Assembly: GCA_037379345.1 (NCBI GenBank)
Contig: CM074521.1
Location: 6,138,001-6,202,000 of the forward strand
DNA length: 64,000 nucleotides
Source of the DNA: Perna viridis
Lineage: Eukaryota
Reading direction: 5' to 3'
Part shown: positions 13,965 to 27,690 of the stretch, piece by piece
Numbering within the stretch: position 1 is the stretch's first letter
Layout: each line of letters opens with the position of its first letter
The notes under the pieces: model-generated
Database searches by the model: none
What the model was told of the DNA's origin: nothing
Seen by the model: only the letters and a program-made list of their open reading frames with translations
Made by a program: the position numbers and the translations under genes

Positions 13965-15198
13965 TTAAGGAGGTAAACCTAGGGTAAGCAGGGATTTAGC
14001 CAGGATTTTCAACCCATTAGTCACTTTTGCGTAAGACTAAATCTCAATACTGTTTTTTTCTTTTCGCGTCGCAAATTTATCAGCATGCATGTATATACAT
14101 TTACTTATAACAACTATATTATAAATAATAACATGTTTATTTCTATTTCAACACTGGTATATAAATAACAGATAATTCATATTAATTCATACTAATAAAA
14201 AATATATAACAACATACAGTTTCTACATTAGCAACTATTCATGAATAAAAAATGCAAAAAAATACTTTGTTACTGTGTCATACATATCATGTGTGTAAAA
14301 ATCTAAAAATTATATACATCAGCTACTATTGTTGGCATGTGTCTAAGAATGTAAAGCACTGTTTACTTGATCAGTAATGCATAAACCTCCTGTCCTTAGC
14401 CATGCACCACAAAGTGAAAGCCCTCTTAAAATCAAAGTAAGTCCAGCATCTTGGCAGTCACGGCAGTACATAGCCCCATCTTTGTAGTATATGCATGGAA
14501 ATATCTTTGACCACTCTGGTTTAAATTTTGACTTTAATAGTCAATCACTGCGACTCTTTGTAGTAGTTGACTTATTTTTAGACTTTTGATCTTTAGGTAC
14601 GTTGTCATGTGACGACGAACTAAAATAGTTTGTAATGGCAGACATAGTTGCGATTCGAACTGTGATTGAAAAATCCAAACATCTTTCCATTTTAAATACA
14701 TACAATGACACTTTGAGTACTTTGAGAACGTGTCACAGCGCTCAACAAACAAATCATTGACATTAATTAATTTGTTTGTCAGGATAATTAGCCTCAACCA
14801 GGTGATCAAGCAAGGTGTGATCAAAGGTGATGCAATCAAAACATTGGTCATGATTGCTATAATAAAGTTGTCAATTATGGGGTCATGGGAACATCAGAGC
14901 GAAATATCAAGTGACGAATTGTGCACGAGAAAAATTTGCCACTTTCGAAAATCATTCATCAATGGCGAAAATGGCGAGCGCTAGCTAAATCACTGGGTAA
15001 GGAACAGAACTCATGAAATCAGTGATATGTTTGTATCATATTCAATTTCCCCATTGTCTCTCAAGCTTTTGTTTCAAGCAGAATACAATGAATCCAACTT
15101 AATTAGATGCTTACATAATATTGATATAAAAATGCTGAATACAAACGTTCCAATGATTTTCAAGAGTTGTGTCCCTTACCTTAGGTCTACCTCCTTAA
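13965..15198. mobile_element. ~220-bp TTAA-flanked MITE (Kolobok-like) split by the hAT insertion
   Basis: TTAAGGAGGTAAACCTAGGGTAAG ... CTTACCTTAGGTCTACCTCCTTAA inverted termini. Confidence 0.78.
13989..14995 (-). mobile_element. Internally deleted hAT DNA transposon (ZNF862/TTF-zinc-finger type) with 6-bp TSD
   Basis: TIRs CAGGGATTTAGC / GCTAAATCACTG, flanked by GGTAAG on both sides. Minus-strand remnant MSAITNYF...KFKPEWSKIFPCIYYKDGAMYCRDC (from 14645) joined to FDFKRAFTLWCMAKDRR (stop at 14371). Confidence 0.8.
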
Positions 15199-15809
15199 AA
15201 TAATGATAACGTCATGCTTTCAACATTTTTATGTAAGAAGTAATAAGATACAACCAGAACTGCGCACCATAGATTATTTTTATTGACATAGCCATGCTTT
15301 TATCCTGGCTGCACATGACAGCTGAATATATGACCTACCACTCTCAGTAAAAATTTGTTCACATTCAAAAAGTGTGATGGAAGAGGTGGGCACTTACAGT
15401 ATGAACTTTTGGGGGTTTAAGAGAACGGTAAAAGAAATAGGTACTAGCTAAATTTTATTGATATCATACATACAAATGTATACCTTTAAACGCAACATGG
15501 CGTAATCAAAGCCTGATTGAAGCAGGAAGTGTTCAGTAGGTAAATTCCTGGTGAATAGCCGACAAGTGCAATGCACGATACCCAAATTTAAACAAAGAAA
15601 TTAAGGAAAAATTATTGATGCAATTGGGCCTTTGGAAATTTAGATACTTTGAATGTTCACTAAAGCTTTTCTTCATCAGATACAATTTGAAGCAAACAAA
15701 AAATGAATGGCTTAATTAATTTAGACTAGGCTTACGAAGCATTAACGAAAGCAATATACAAATTGAAATTTATGTTTGAAGTCAATTTGTTAAAATAAGA
15801 TATATATAA

Positions 15810-16020
15810 ACCCTACATCAACTTCTTCAATCTTTAAATCTGCAAGGTACTGTCCCTGATCGGATGATCATCGCATCAGCTGTTCACTTTGTTTTGTTTA
15901 TCTTCATTAGATGACCTTTCACCTGTCATCTGTACCTTGGTATTTTTCCGATTGGTAAAAAGAACAGCAACAAACCAGTACCAGTTTCCCGCCAATAACT
16001 AAATATCGGATTTGGTTATT
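15810..16020 (-). promoter_or_regulatory. Candidate promoter/5'UTR exon of the PEP-synthase-like gene
   Basis: The ATG-containing exon has an acceptor at 12112-12111, so an upstream non-coding exon is needed. This region has a possible donor (gtaggg, 15816-15811), TGACCTTT, CCAAT boxes (~15951, ~15989) and TTTCCCGCC. Confidence 0.35.
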
Positions 16021-16581
16021 ACAATGTATTTATTGTAAAATACTAGTTTAATTATGTTAATATAAGAAATAATCGTGGATATAGCTACCAAAAAAAAATA
16101 ATAATAATAATAATAAAAAATGAAGTTGTCATCCCCGTGGGAGGGGACATGGATTCGCAGATCTGCAGAAAGCAGATATTTAAGCGGACATTTAAGAAGG
16201 GGTCTTGGAAAGGCCGATTTTTGCCATCACTATAGAATGGGTTCCAACCTCGGGTGCAGGATGCTGAAAAAATATATTTAAAAATATGAGTGAGCCTGTC
16301 AAAAAATGCTGCCATACGTATAAGGATGCTTATACATGTAGTTGATGATATGCATTTCCATAAATACTTCCTCCATACAATACTTATATATTTGTCGAGT
16401 TTTTATGATTGACTCACGGAAGTTGTATTCCCCTGTTGTTCTTATTCTATATTACATATAAAATGTAGACCCAAATTAATAGTTAACATTTTGAGTCTTG
16501 GATTTTATAATTTATGGAGAATAGTATAATTATGTTCACAACACAGGAAAGCATTGATTTTGCAGATGATATTGCCTTAAT

Positions 16582-17113
16582 AGCCAAAGTGGACAAAAAT
16601 CAACATTTTGTAATATTAGAAAATGAATTTTTGATATTAAAAAAATCATTTTTTTAATATTAGAAAAGATTTTTTAATATTAGAAATTCATTTTGTAATA
16701 TTAAAAATTCAGTTTCTAATATTACAAATTCCTGATTTAGTAATATTATAACATCACACATTTTGTAATATTACAAATTGAATTTTTAATATTAGAAAAT
16801 CACTTTGCAATATTGCAAAATCAGTCACATTTTTTTAAATTACAAAATAAATTTCTAATATTAAAAAATCGTAATTGAATACAACAAATCCATTTTCTGA
16901 TATTAGATAATCAATTTCTAATATTAATAAAAATCGGTTTTTTTTAATATTAGAAATTCAATTCAATTTTTGATATTAAAAAATTATTTTTTAATATTAA
17001 AAAAGTGTTTTTTGATATAAGAAATCTAATTTTTAATATTAGGAAAAAAATTGCAATATTAAAAAATCATTTTTATTTAATATAAGAAAATACACTTTTT
17101 GTCCACTTTGGCT
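16582..17113. mobile_element. MITE-like element with 18-bp inverted repeats enclosing an AT-rich ~21-bp tandem array
   Basis: AGCCAAAGTGGACAAAAA (16582) / TTTTTGTCCACTTTGGCT (to 17113), with about 20 degenerate, self-palindromic TTTxTAATATTAxAAA units between them. Confidence 0.78.
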
Positions 17114-19990
17114 TACCATATGTTTCTGTTTTGTTTTGTTTTGTTTTTTTGTTTTGTTTTTTTTTTTTTCGTGTGCGATATTACTGAAAATAAAGTGATA
17201 AAACGTACTATGGAAGTAACAACTCGATATGATAATACTAATCAGAAAGTTAAGTTGTAGAGTATGTAACGAAAAAAATAATCTAGGGGCTGTAATTTTT
17301 AAGTATTTATCCGTCTAAGAATTAAGCAAAATGTGTATAAGGTGTGGCACATGAAGAAAAATACACAGAGATTTTATTGCATTATCAAAGTATTTATAGC
17401 TCATAACCTCACGAAATTACTGTCAAAGTGTTTGTAATTTTTGCTTTTATAATATATTGATAGGTAAAATTTAGTTGAAATGCACTATGGAAAATTGGTG
17501 GGAACATTTTCCCGAACGTTTTCCTCATATAAGCAGTCAAAAATATCTACGTCATCGATGCTTCATTTTCCTATATAAGCAATATATCTGGAAAACCAAA
17601 TATATGAAATTAATTACATAATTTTGCATTAAAACAATTTGTTTGAATAAATAATTATTCTAATACCTGGGCCGACCAAAAATGTAAAGGCTAAAAACCA
17701 CTAATTCCACTTTCCATAGGCTTCTATGCTAATTTCACAATATTCAATGGCTTCTCTGGACTTTACCTTAACTTTAACCTGCAGAGGACTATATATCAGC
17801 ATGATTCTACATATGTCAGCTCACAATCCTCAGAATGGCATGTGGGGTTAGCAGACTTGCAGTGCAGTACTGGTCACCGGAAGTGAAGGGTCTATAAATA
17901 GCATGGGAAATCCCAGTGTTTTCACAAGATAGGGGTATATTTAAAAATCATTATGGAGATTAGGCTTCACATCACAAGAAGCAAAATGCACCTATAAAAT
18001 GTACAGAAATGTTTTTCCTTTCAGAAACTGTTTAAATTTTTTAAATAAGATGAGAACTTTTTTCACAGCACTATGAGGAACAGGGGTAATTTCTGCGTAG
18101 GACTATTTTTGCGTACGTTCCAAATGTTCATTGGTTGAATTGGTGGTCTGTAACCTAAACCTTCTGTATCCGGCTGGATCAAGGATTGTGGCGGACCAAG
18201 AATTATACGACACTGGGCAACCTAGACGCCACAGCTGGATCCGCCTATGTTAAAAATTTATATTAACAGGGGCGTAGCGCCTGGTACGGCAAGTACTGCC
18301 AGGGCATGCAGTAATTTTCCAAATTACGTTAGTTGGTACATAAAAGCGTTGCCAAACATTATTATACTGATTAAAACAAGTTGAAATATAGCAAATCGTC
18401 CTTCCCTCCGTCCAATCGGGATTCGGGTGCTATGCGTCTGAATTATGTTATTAATCCTATGTTCGTGACTGTTTTTGTAATTTCCATTGTTACTTTATTG
18501 TTGAGTCAACACTGAAACAATGTTAACATTTTTGTGGGAAACAATAATGTAAATTCAATGCAGAAATTCAACATATCCGATTGTAATATGTTGGTTTCAT
18601 GTTCTTGTGCTTATATAGGGATTAATATACAGTACAATTTCTAAATCGAACCCCTCCCAATTAAAACACCTGAACCCTCCTCAGGAGCATTCTATTGTTA
18701 AGAATATTATGGTATTATATAAAAATGGTGAATTATAGTCCACAAAACATAAACAGGTATACGTCAAAACGACCATACACAGAGAAAAGCGTAACCTTCA
18801 ATTTAGATTTTAAATCTTACCTACATAAAAATCAAACAAAAGTACGATACAAAAGAAAGAGGGAAAAGAAATTGTATACACTTTTAAATCTTATGAATGG
18901 TTGACCTTAAAAAGCCATTTAATAATTAAAAACCTGTCGACGATATGTATTCGCTTTTTAAAAATCATAACATTTTATTCCAGCAGGAATCTAATTATAT
19001 TTAAATTAATCCATTAGTTTAATTCTTCTTTTTAAAACTGACCGACTGTTTGCCAAGAGTCCATAGTTACAAGAGGTGAGTGCATGATTTTTGTTCATTA
19101 TAGCATTTGTCTTCTGTTTGAATGTACTCAAATGTAAATAAATAGTTTTATGGAAAAATTATGATATCAATGTGAAAACAATCTTTGTGATTTAACTCAC
19201 TGTTTATAAAAATCTGGCACTGCATGCAAGCGTACATTGAAAACCAAACCGTGAAAGTCGAGTCGCTTTTGTGGTGTTCATCGTCCTCATGAGGGCATAA
19301 CTTATCCTTTTGTAATTTCACTTCCAATTTTAAATAATTGAACAATTTGGCGCGTGTTTCTAGAAATGTTGAATCACACTCTTAACTGAGTACAATGTAC
19401 AAAATCCAATAACGTATTTTTGAGTATTCGTTGTATTCGTTATATTGTTCAAACTACTTTTTTTGGGTAGTTTCCCCCCCTTTTTTTTTTTTTTTTTTTT
19501 GTCATCTATACCTTATCTAGCTGTTAAAATAGAACGTCTGTATTAACTGATGTATGTAATATTTAGCTTGATTTTAAGTGTTGGCGGAATGAAGCATCTC
19601 ACGTAAGGCTCTTGTCTCCCAGTTGCAGACGACGTTGTCATAAAAAAGTTCCAGAAATTGTAACGTTTAGCCAGACACCATTTTGTAGTTTATGTTTGAA
19701 ACTAATGAATGATTCAGTGTTAATTCACTGAAGAACAATAGCTTAAACCGCCATTTTACTGTTTCCAGTATGAATTCGTTGACTTTAACAGTAATGCACC
19801 AGGATTCAATAATATGTATCGATCTTCATTGCTTCAGTTAAGCTAGTAATACAAATATCACAACCACTTAGGGCAATTTCATGACAAAGAAAAAAGATTA
19901 AAATCATCTGAGATTTTTTTATTGCAACAGTCTCGTTTGCATTGAGATGTTTCCAGACAAACGAGGAATACTTTAAAGATCACTTGAATA

Positions 19991-20071
19991 AATGTTACAA
20001 CAGGAAAAGGAAAGAGGATTGATAGACAATGTTACAACAGGAAAAGGAAAGAGGATTGATAGACAATGTTA
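19991..20071 (+). repeat. Perfect 37-bp tandem duplication
   Basis: AATGTTACAACAGGAAAAGGAAAGAGGATTGATAGAC twice. Confidence 0.9.
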
Positions 20072-21462
20072 GCCAAGTTGCGGAAGTTGTAGTTTTGTTT
20101 TGATTTGTTTTGTTCGTTTTTGTTTTTCTTTTTTTTTGTATGTGTGAGATCGAGTTTTACAATCTTATTGTTTGAAGTTGTGTTTAGTTGTTGTTTGTTG
20201 TGATCGTTCTTTCACTTCGTATGTACTTCCTTACAGGTGAACATCCTCTCTATTTGGAGAAATATAAAAAAGGTCGACTGTTACCTCAATACAGAAAAAT
20301 GGCCGATATCAGTAACCTTCAATTTTCATCTTATTGTCACTATATGTATTGTCTATATCGAGAATAGTGAATACGTCAAAGAGACAACAACCCCACCTGG
20401 ATGAAAAAAATAGTATTAGCTTGCCGAAATGATCTTTATGTAAGAAGCATTCCCGCTAAGAATCATGCAAAATGGTTGGAAACCCTACATATTTTATTTT
20501 TTGATATTTTGTGTAAAATGCTTAGGTAAACAAAAAATAACATGCGGATTTTCATAGAACCCGCGTTCATAACAGATATGAATTATATAGAATGTAGTGC
20601 AAAAATCAAAATTATGGGAGAAAACTCTATAAATGACAAAATACAGTACAAACGATTTTCAATGTGAATTACCTCCTATGAGCAGACATATGGAATGAAT
20701 GATTATACATTTCATCGTATAGACAAATAAATAACAAAAATGAAAATGTGTAGCCTTTTTTGGGGGGTAGGGGTGGGGGTATCACATATTACACAATTTG
20801 CATGATTCTTACAAATACTGATAATTAGCAATTCGTTCTAAATACACAAATATAATTTTGTTGAATACATAGAACACAAATTTCTACAATACTGTTTTTT
20901 ATTCCTAGTTCTGTCGGCCGTTGAACGAAATCTGATCTTTATGTTATTGATTCAAAAAAAAGTTGTCTTTTTCATTTTAATGTACACGCTTGTAAATAAT
21001 ATATCATTAATTCATAATTGTAGTTCACATGATATAAACACTCTTTTATTTTAACAACCAATATTTACTATGTGACTCATTCATATCTGTTCAAATATTT
21101 ACAATTCATGCAATTCTTGGGATAGATCCACCCACTTCAGATAACAAACGGAAAGATAATTACTAAGTCTACTAACGGTGTTTATTTTCCTTTGAAAACA
21201 ACACTGCTGTTATTTGCAAAACTTTTGCATCGAATATTTTCCATTTAAACTTCATTAGGGAGAAATTTGTCCATTACGTAATGTGCAAATTGCCTTTTCT
21301 ATTCACTGGTAAATTGCCTTATCCATCCACTTGCATTTTAACGTGAAACAATGCTGATATTGTTTAAAATATCGATACATGTTTCTGTTTAGATTTTGCC
21401 TTGACGACGTTACCACTTCTTATCTACCCATTATTTATTCCCATCTTATATCCCATTCATCA

Positions 21463-21464
<2 letters not shown>

Positions 21465-21508
<44 letters not shown>
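21465..21508 (+). repeat. (TC)n microsatellite
   Basis: About 22 TC units. Confidence 0.95.
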
Positions 21509-21513
<5 letters not shown>

Positions 21514-22134
21514 TCAATGTATTATTCACCGTCGCACTATCCTTTGATTAATAGATCGACATCACAATTTGATAAAATAGTTTATACACCGCCTTAAAAA
21601 CACTTCTTGCCAGCTGGGCTTTGATCACTTATTTTAATGCCATATCTCCCATAGATCCAAGCCTGATTTCTTGTAATTATCCCATAACCTTTTCCAAAAT
21701 GCCGTATCAGTATTAGTAAGACTCGATCACTTATTTTAATGCCCTATCTCCAATTGATCACATTGCCTATATCCCTTTCCCATTGCCATATAAAGTTTAT
21801 ATCATTCAAAGTACATCACTGGGTATTTTACATCATTTCATATGTCAAGATACACCGAATCTGAAAAACGTTATATCCTCTCCTGAATTCCAAATGCTGT
21901 TAATTTCCGGTACATTTATCATTATTACAATCGAAGTTCCTATTTTTTTTTCAAAATGAGCTGACATTTTTCATCCCGGTGGCATTGTTTTCTCTTTCAC
22001 ATATTCACCTATCTCTTCTCTTTACATTTCCTTCATAAGATACATGATCCAATTTTTGATGTTATGTACTCTTTTGTTTCATCAGTTCGTTTGATTGTGT
22101 ATTTGGCCTTTATCCAGGACCACACTGCATTCTC

Positions 22135-22420
22135 CCTGAAAAATGCTTATTATTACACATGAAAAATCATTTCATGTGATTTTCACACGAATTTTATGTG
22201 ATTTTCATCTGAATTGAGCAAGTTAAATTCGTGACAGAGTTCACACGAATTTCATGTAATTTTCATCTGAATTGAGCAAATAAACTCTTTAACAGAGTTT
22301 GCGTGAATTCAAGTGAATCGAAAATTCACGTGTAATCAATGTGAACTTTTCACACAAAGTTCATGTTAAATGAACGTTCAAGTGAAACTTACGTTTAGTT
22401 CATGTGAAGCTCGATTCAGT
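22135..22420. repeat. TTCACGTG/TTCATGTG-rich repeat with a ~59-bp internal duplication
   Basis: TTCACACGAATTT.ATGT.ATTTTCATCTGAATTGAGCAA at ~22181 and ~22240. Confidence 0.6.
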
Positions 22421-22559
22421 TGGACTTAACTAGAGTAATATTTGTCTGTTTTGGCCACTTACTATTATTTGCTGTGACTTAAAAGATCATTTAAAAGAAC
22501 ACGTCAAAGGGCTCATCAATTCAAATAAATATATACGTTCTTCTAGAAGAAAAAAACCA

Positions 22560-22762
22560 GGACGCGTACCCTAAAGGTGCACCTGACCGATGCTCCCAGT
22601 TTTTAGCGGAGTCTGAGTTGCAAATAAACTTTTGTTACTTTGTATATATCAGTTTGGTTAGTTCGTGTTCTTTGTTGTGTGTTTCTGTTTCCAGGACTGG
22701 TCTTTGTCCCTGGATTACATCCTTTTGATTTCCACTAGAATATTGGTTCCCTTGATTACTCC
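22560..22762 (+). mobile_element. 3'-end fragment of the same Penelope-like family
   Basis: GGACGCGTACCCTAAAGGTGCACCTG...GGTTCCCTTGATTACTC matches the 3'UTR at 28378-28655. Confidence 0.8.
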
Positions 22763-23364
22763 TTCTACCTCTCCTAAGTTTTCAGTATATTGAATTGTAA
22801 GCAATCACTGACCTAGTCTGGAAGTAAATAATTCAGGGTATATGCTAAAAAGTCCACTTATTTCTTACATTGTATATATTAAATATTTTAAAATCGTTTT
22901 ATTTAAAACCAAATATTTATGAAACGGTGTTAAACAGAAATTTAAAAATCGGAAAGGTAATTATGTACTTAATGTTGGTTTATATTAATCTAGATTTATA
23001 GCAACCCGAGTATCACCTATAAGCTTCATAATAAGTTAGATATAATTCCAGTTTAAACCAACCATGAAAAACTTGTTAGTATTACAAAAAAGATATCTAT
23101 TACCAAAGGGTGTTTAGTAGATGAATCAATTAAAAAGTACAATCTCGTTCGTTTCAATACCACGAAAATCATTAGAGAATCTGGGATACGATGAAATGAT
23201 CTAAAACCAAACCACTAGTAGTGCATTTGAACGATAAAATACAAGAGGCATCTTCTAGCCTTAACCCCCCCCCACCGCAATGAACATGTGTTGAATTATA
23301 CCACAATTCTAAAGAAAAAGTTTACAAATCAAGCACCGTCGTGAGAGTAATGGTTCAGTACAAC

Positions 23365-23676
23365 GTAATCAAAGGTACTAAGGATCAAGCGGTAATCGAA
23401 AGAATATACCCAATGAAAAAATGCATATGAAACAACCTTCTAAATGAAAACTATACACTATAAAAGCAGAGGACGCTTACCCTACCGGTGCACTTGGTCC
23501 ATGCTCCCAGTTATTAGTGGAGTCCGAGTTGCTCATTTGCTTTTGTTACTTTGTATGTATGATTGTAGTTACTTTATGTTCTTTTTTGTGTATGTCTGTT
23601 TTCCATGTCAGGTCTTTGTCCCTGGATTACATTCTTTTTTTATTACCGCTATAACCTTAGTTCTCTTGATTACTCT
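23365..23676 (+). mobile_element. Penelope-like 3'-end fragment (23465-23676, +) preceded by a short inverted copy of the terminus (~23365-23410)
   Basis: GCAGAGGACGCTTACCCTACCGGTGCAC...GATTACTC; upstream GTAATCAAAGGTACTAAGG...GCGGTAATCGAAAGAAT is the reverse complement of the terminus. Confidence 0.78.
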
Positions 23677-25334
23677 TCCACAATGGCGGGTATAGTTGTT
23701 ACTGTATAGTTTTAGTGTTTTAAATTTGTCGGTCTGACGTGAAATAAATGATTGTAAATTCAAGTAGTTTTCCAATGAATTTTGGTTTGTGCAAAAATAA
23801 TTATGAGTCATGGTTATTGTATTGGTAATCCGGTACCAAAATCAAAGCATATCTTTAATAATATCGAGTCATATTGATTGGAATTGATGTCCATAAAATT
23901 ATATTTTTTTTCCCACAATATGTCTATAGTTAAGCTTTTTTTGCAAGTCAGGACCTTATAGCAATCGAAACATTTTATAGTGTATACATACTTAAATTAG
24001 CTTTTTGCAACCCATGTAAAGGTTTATATTTACTCATATCGAGATGGCAATATGTGAGTAAAATCAAATCTGATTTAGATATCTACTTAAATTGACTTAA
24101 ACTACAATGGAAAACATTGCAGGATAGGTTTGCATGTGTTTCTAAAACGTATGGAAAAATAAGCTACGAGCCATATTGAAATATATGCTTTTGTGCATAT
24201 AATTCATATGAATTTAAAAATAATACAAAACCACATTTATAAGCAGATAAACACCATACGATTTTTATTCTCAAGTATTCTCTGAACTATTTCGTTCGAT
24301 CTAAACTGTTTTTCATATTGTTATTTAAGATATGAAAAACGTTTGTTTCAATTTTCCTGTTTATGTCCAAAAACATCATTTGTCGTATGAACATGTACCC
24401 GTGGCCTTAACTAGAGGGAGAAATGAGCGAAAACTTTTCCTTGTTTGTGCTCACTTCTTCCGAATGTTTTTGACAGAGTGAAGATTTTGTAATAGATAAT
24501 ATAGACAAAAATGTCAATATTGTTATTTTTCAAACAGAATTTTCTAATACTTCTCATTGTCTAGAGAGGGCCCTGATATTACTGAAAATATATCATACAA
24601 CATACTGTGTCAACAAACAAAAAATTAACAAAAAGGGAAAAAGTAATTACCCAAACTTCATTTAAACATTAACCCATTGTCATTTTCAATCACAATATAA
24701 AAGGCAAATAAATTTATTCTAGTTTATACAATTCATTAGGTGCAGAGTCTATTTAAACTCGGTATAAAAGTTCGATATAGGTAGTCAAAACACGAGAATT
24801 GATTTTCTCTGAACTTTAATAATTGTATATTCAAGTATTTCTATTCCACCTCGTTACCGATACACTTCACTGAAGTTGAAACTGGAGATGAATTAAGATG
24901 GAGTGCTGTTAATATCTAACTTGTATCGATCGTTATATCTTTACATCCAATGTAGTTACTTTGTGGAATTCATTAGGAAGTATTTTGCTAGTAACCAATT
25001 CGTTAAAATGGGGAAAACTAAAAGTACAAAGCATTACAGGTATTGGTTGAAATATTTTATCATTTCTTTTAGTTTCTTATATTTTTAACGATCTGATGAA
25101 AATCAAGTAGAAAACAAACTGTAAATGTTATCTTGTTGCTCTATATTTTCTGTTATTTTTCTTGAAATATCCTAAAATTGCTTTGCGAAATATTCTTTTA
25201 CTCATATTGTCATATTCATCTTCGGATTATTCCCGGAGTATTGTCGTTTTCGATAATAGCGTGAATGCCATCTACTTTCGATGCACTTGAGCGTTAACTG
25301 CGCTTCTAGTATATGACTAGTATAAGTTGCTTAA

Positions 25335-25530
25335 GAGTAACACAAGTAAATGAGCAACTCACAAATGAGTGACTCCACTAAAACTTGGATCATGGACCAG
25401 GTGCACCAGTGTGGTAAGCGTCGTCTGCTATTTAAAAAAACACCCGCCGAGTTGCTCATAAAAACTCAGGTCCAGGGTAGACGAAAGAAAAAAGGAAAAC
25501 TATGACACGTTGAACAAATCAGTTGTCACG
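25335..25530 (-). mobile_element. Penelope-like 3'UTR fragment
   Basis: Matches 28500-28690 (GACTCCACTAAAA...CATGGACCAGGTGCACC...CACCCGCCGAGTTGCTCATAAAAA...GGAAAACTATGAC). Confidence 0.8.
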
Positions 25531-27429
25531 GTGCAGATGGATCCATCGAAAAGAATTATGTTGATTTTGAATTTGTTTTATTGACCATTTCACTTTCCTG
25601 TTACTTTGGAACGTTGACCTTTGATAAACTCTCTTTTCATAGCGACGGTTAACCAAACCGAGAAACACACAAGATATCTTAAGATTACACCGTAATACCA
25701 GCCTTCCCCACCCCAAGTGCATTGCATGGTGCATAAACATGTACATCATATGCAAACAGGAAGATTTACCTTTGAAAGAGGGTGGTCAGTCTGTCTACTT
25801 GTCAACTGGGGGTGTAATATATCTAAACTTACTTGAAAATAGACAGGAAATGTTGAGTACGAATGGAATAGACATGTTTGCAAGTAACATTTGATGAGAG
25901 GTTACCCATTGAAACACGTGCATGCACAGCTTATATATCGAAATTTGTAATACATGAATACATAATTTGTATTGTATTTGAATAACTAAAACAAAATGTT
26001 GTTTTACAGTGAAGTGAAATGATGTTTTTACGTTCCATTTTCATATATTATTCGAAGACATAATAATAGTTTGTGGTACCTTATACTACATATAGAAAGA
26101 AATCCTGTGATGAACTACTATATTTATTCTACATCTCTAACGGTCTACGATTAGTTACAGAATGAATCAAAACCCTAACTTTAACCTTACCATGTGCAGA
26201 ACTAATTAATAGAATGATGGTCTATAGAATGTTACAATGGCAGTATTCCCACGATATCAATCATCATAATCTGAAGATCGGAGCTGTAGATATCAATGTT
26301 TATTCAAGTGTCAATCACTACATAGTTGTTCTAAGCAATTACCCCAAGATGACGTAGCAATCATTGTCTGATTTGTCGTCACCAAACAGAACTATAGCAG
26401 CTCTTACCAAGTCTCGCTTTTGAATATTTACAATGACAACACCCATTTATTATTGATACAGCCAACAAAACTTCCCGGTGGTCCCACTTAATTTGAAAGG
26501 ATTATGAAAAGTATGGCATGTTAAAATATTTGTACATCATCGTAAATTTTATCATGTTACTTTATGAAAAAAAATATATTTAATAAAAACAAGAGAAAGC
26601 ACACTGAATACAAATAGGTTTTCGATGTCATACATCCGGTAAATGTAGACTTTGTATCTTTGTGCATGTTAGTGAGATTTGGAGTATTTATAAACACGAT
26701 TTAAAATGAGCTTCTCAGTAATAGGGCATTTAAAAGGTTATCATACAATCAAACAATTAAGTAAAAGTCCACATAAAATTTAGATACTTCCTATGGTACA
26801 AGTGATTCATAATGTAGAAAAGACCCATCGAACAAACAATGTTTTTTTTTCGTTCTTCAGATGTATATGTTTAGTTAACATTAGCTTTTCCTGTAATACT
26901 GATCTGCAGTTTTGCGACAGTTCAGACAACCTATTTTTGACTTGAAACGTAAAGATACAGTGAAAGATTCACTTTTTGTCATGTAAAATTAATCTTCAGT
27001 ATGTTGTGAATATAATTGTGGGAAAATCAATCAATATAAACATCTATGTATTATTTGTCAAGATATAGAACCGATTTCAGGATTGAACGATATTTATGGG
27101 CCATATGCATACTGTCCTGAAAAATAAATTGTGCAGTGCATTCATTTCTAATGATAAACATATAATGGTCCAGAAAGAGCAGGAAAACAAGCCTGCAATA
27201 CTTCTACTACTGCAGTTCTAAATGAAAGCAATTTCAATAATTTCAATTCAAGACATAAAATTAACATATATAAATAACTCGACATGAGCATATATTTCAC
27301 CCTTCCATCACTACTGCTAAAATAACCACAATGAAGCAATGTTATTTCAAAGATTTATAGACTATCTACAACTTTGGGTCTAAAATAATGTTACTTTTGT
27401 TATTTTTATTAATGATATTTTCCGAAAAA

Positions 27430-27690
27430 GGTATTTTCGGGAGGGTGATGTCGTTGCTTAATATCCGACTGACTTGCGTCGTCGAATAAAAACTGGTAGT
27501 CACTGCTTTTCCGTCAAACATGAGGCATTTAGGGGATTGAGCAACGATTGGTTGGCTTGGAGTCCGAATGGGGCAATATGCCTACCTGTTGGCTATTGCT
27601 TCTATGAGCATTAAAGATCCGCTTAATTCAGTGTGTTGCATTCGTTCAATCAGGGGTCTGTTCAACAATAATCAAACCATCAATCAATCC
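27430..27690 (+). mobile_element. Decayed SINE with conserved core domain (Meta-SINE-like); related fragment at ~51753-51895
   Basis: AAAACTGGTAGTCACTGCTTTTCCGTCAAACATGAGGCATTTAGG...GATTGGTTGGCT...CTTCTATGAGC core and an (AATC)n tail. Family name is from recall. Confidence 0.6.

Noticed and set aside
16600-17095. CRISPR-like periodic array
   Set aside because: Units are degenerate with no unique spacers or cas genes, the context is eukaryotic, and the array is enclosed by TIRs.
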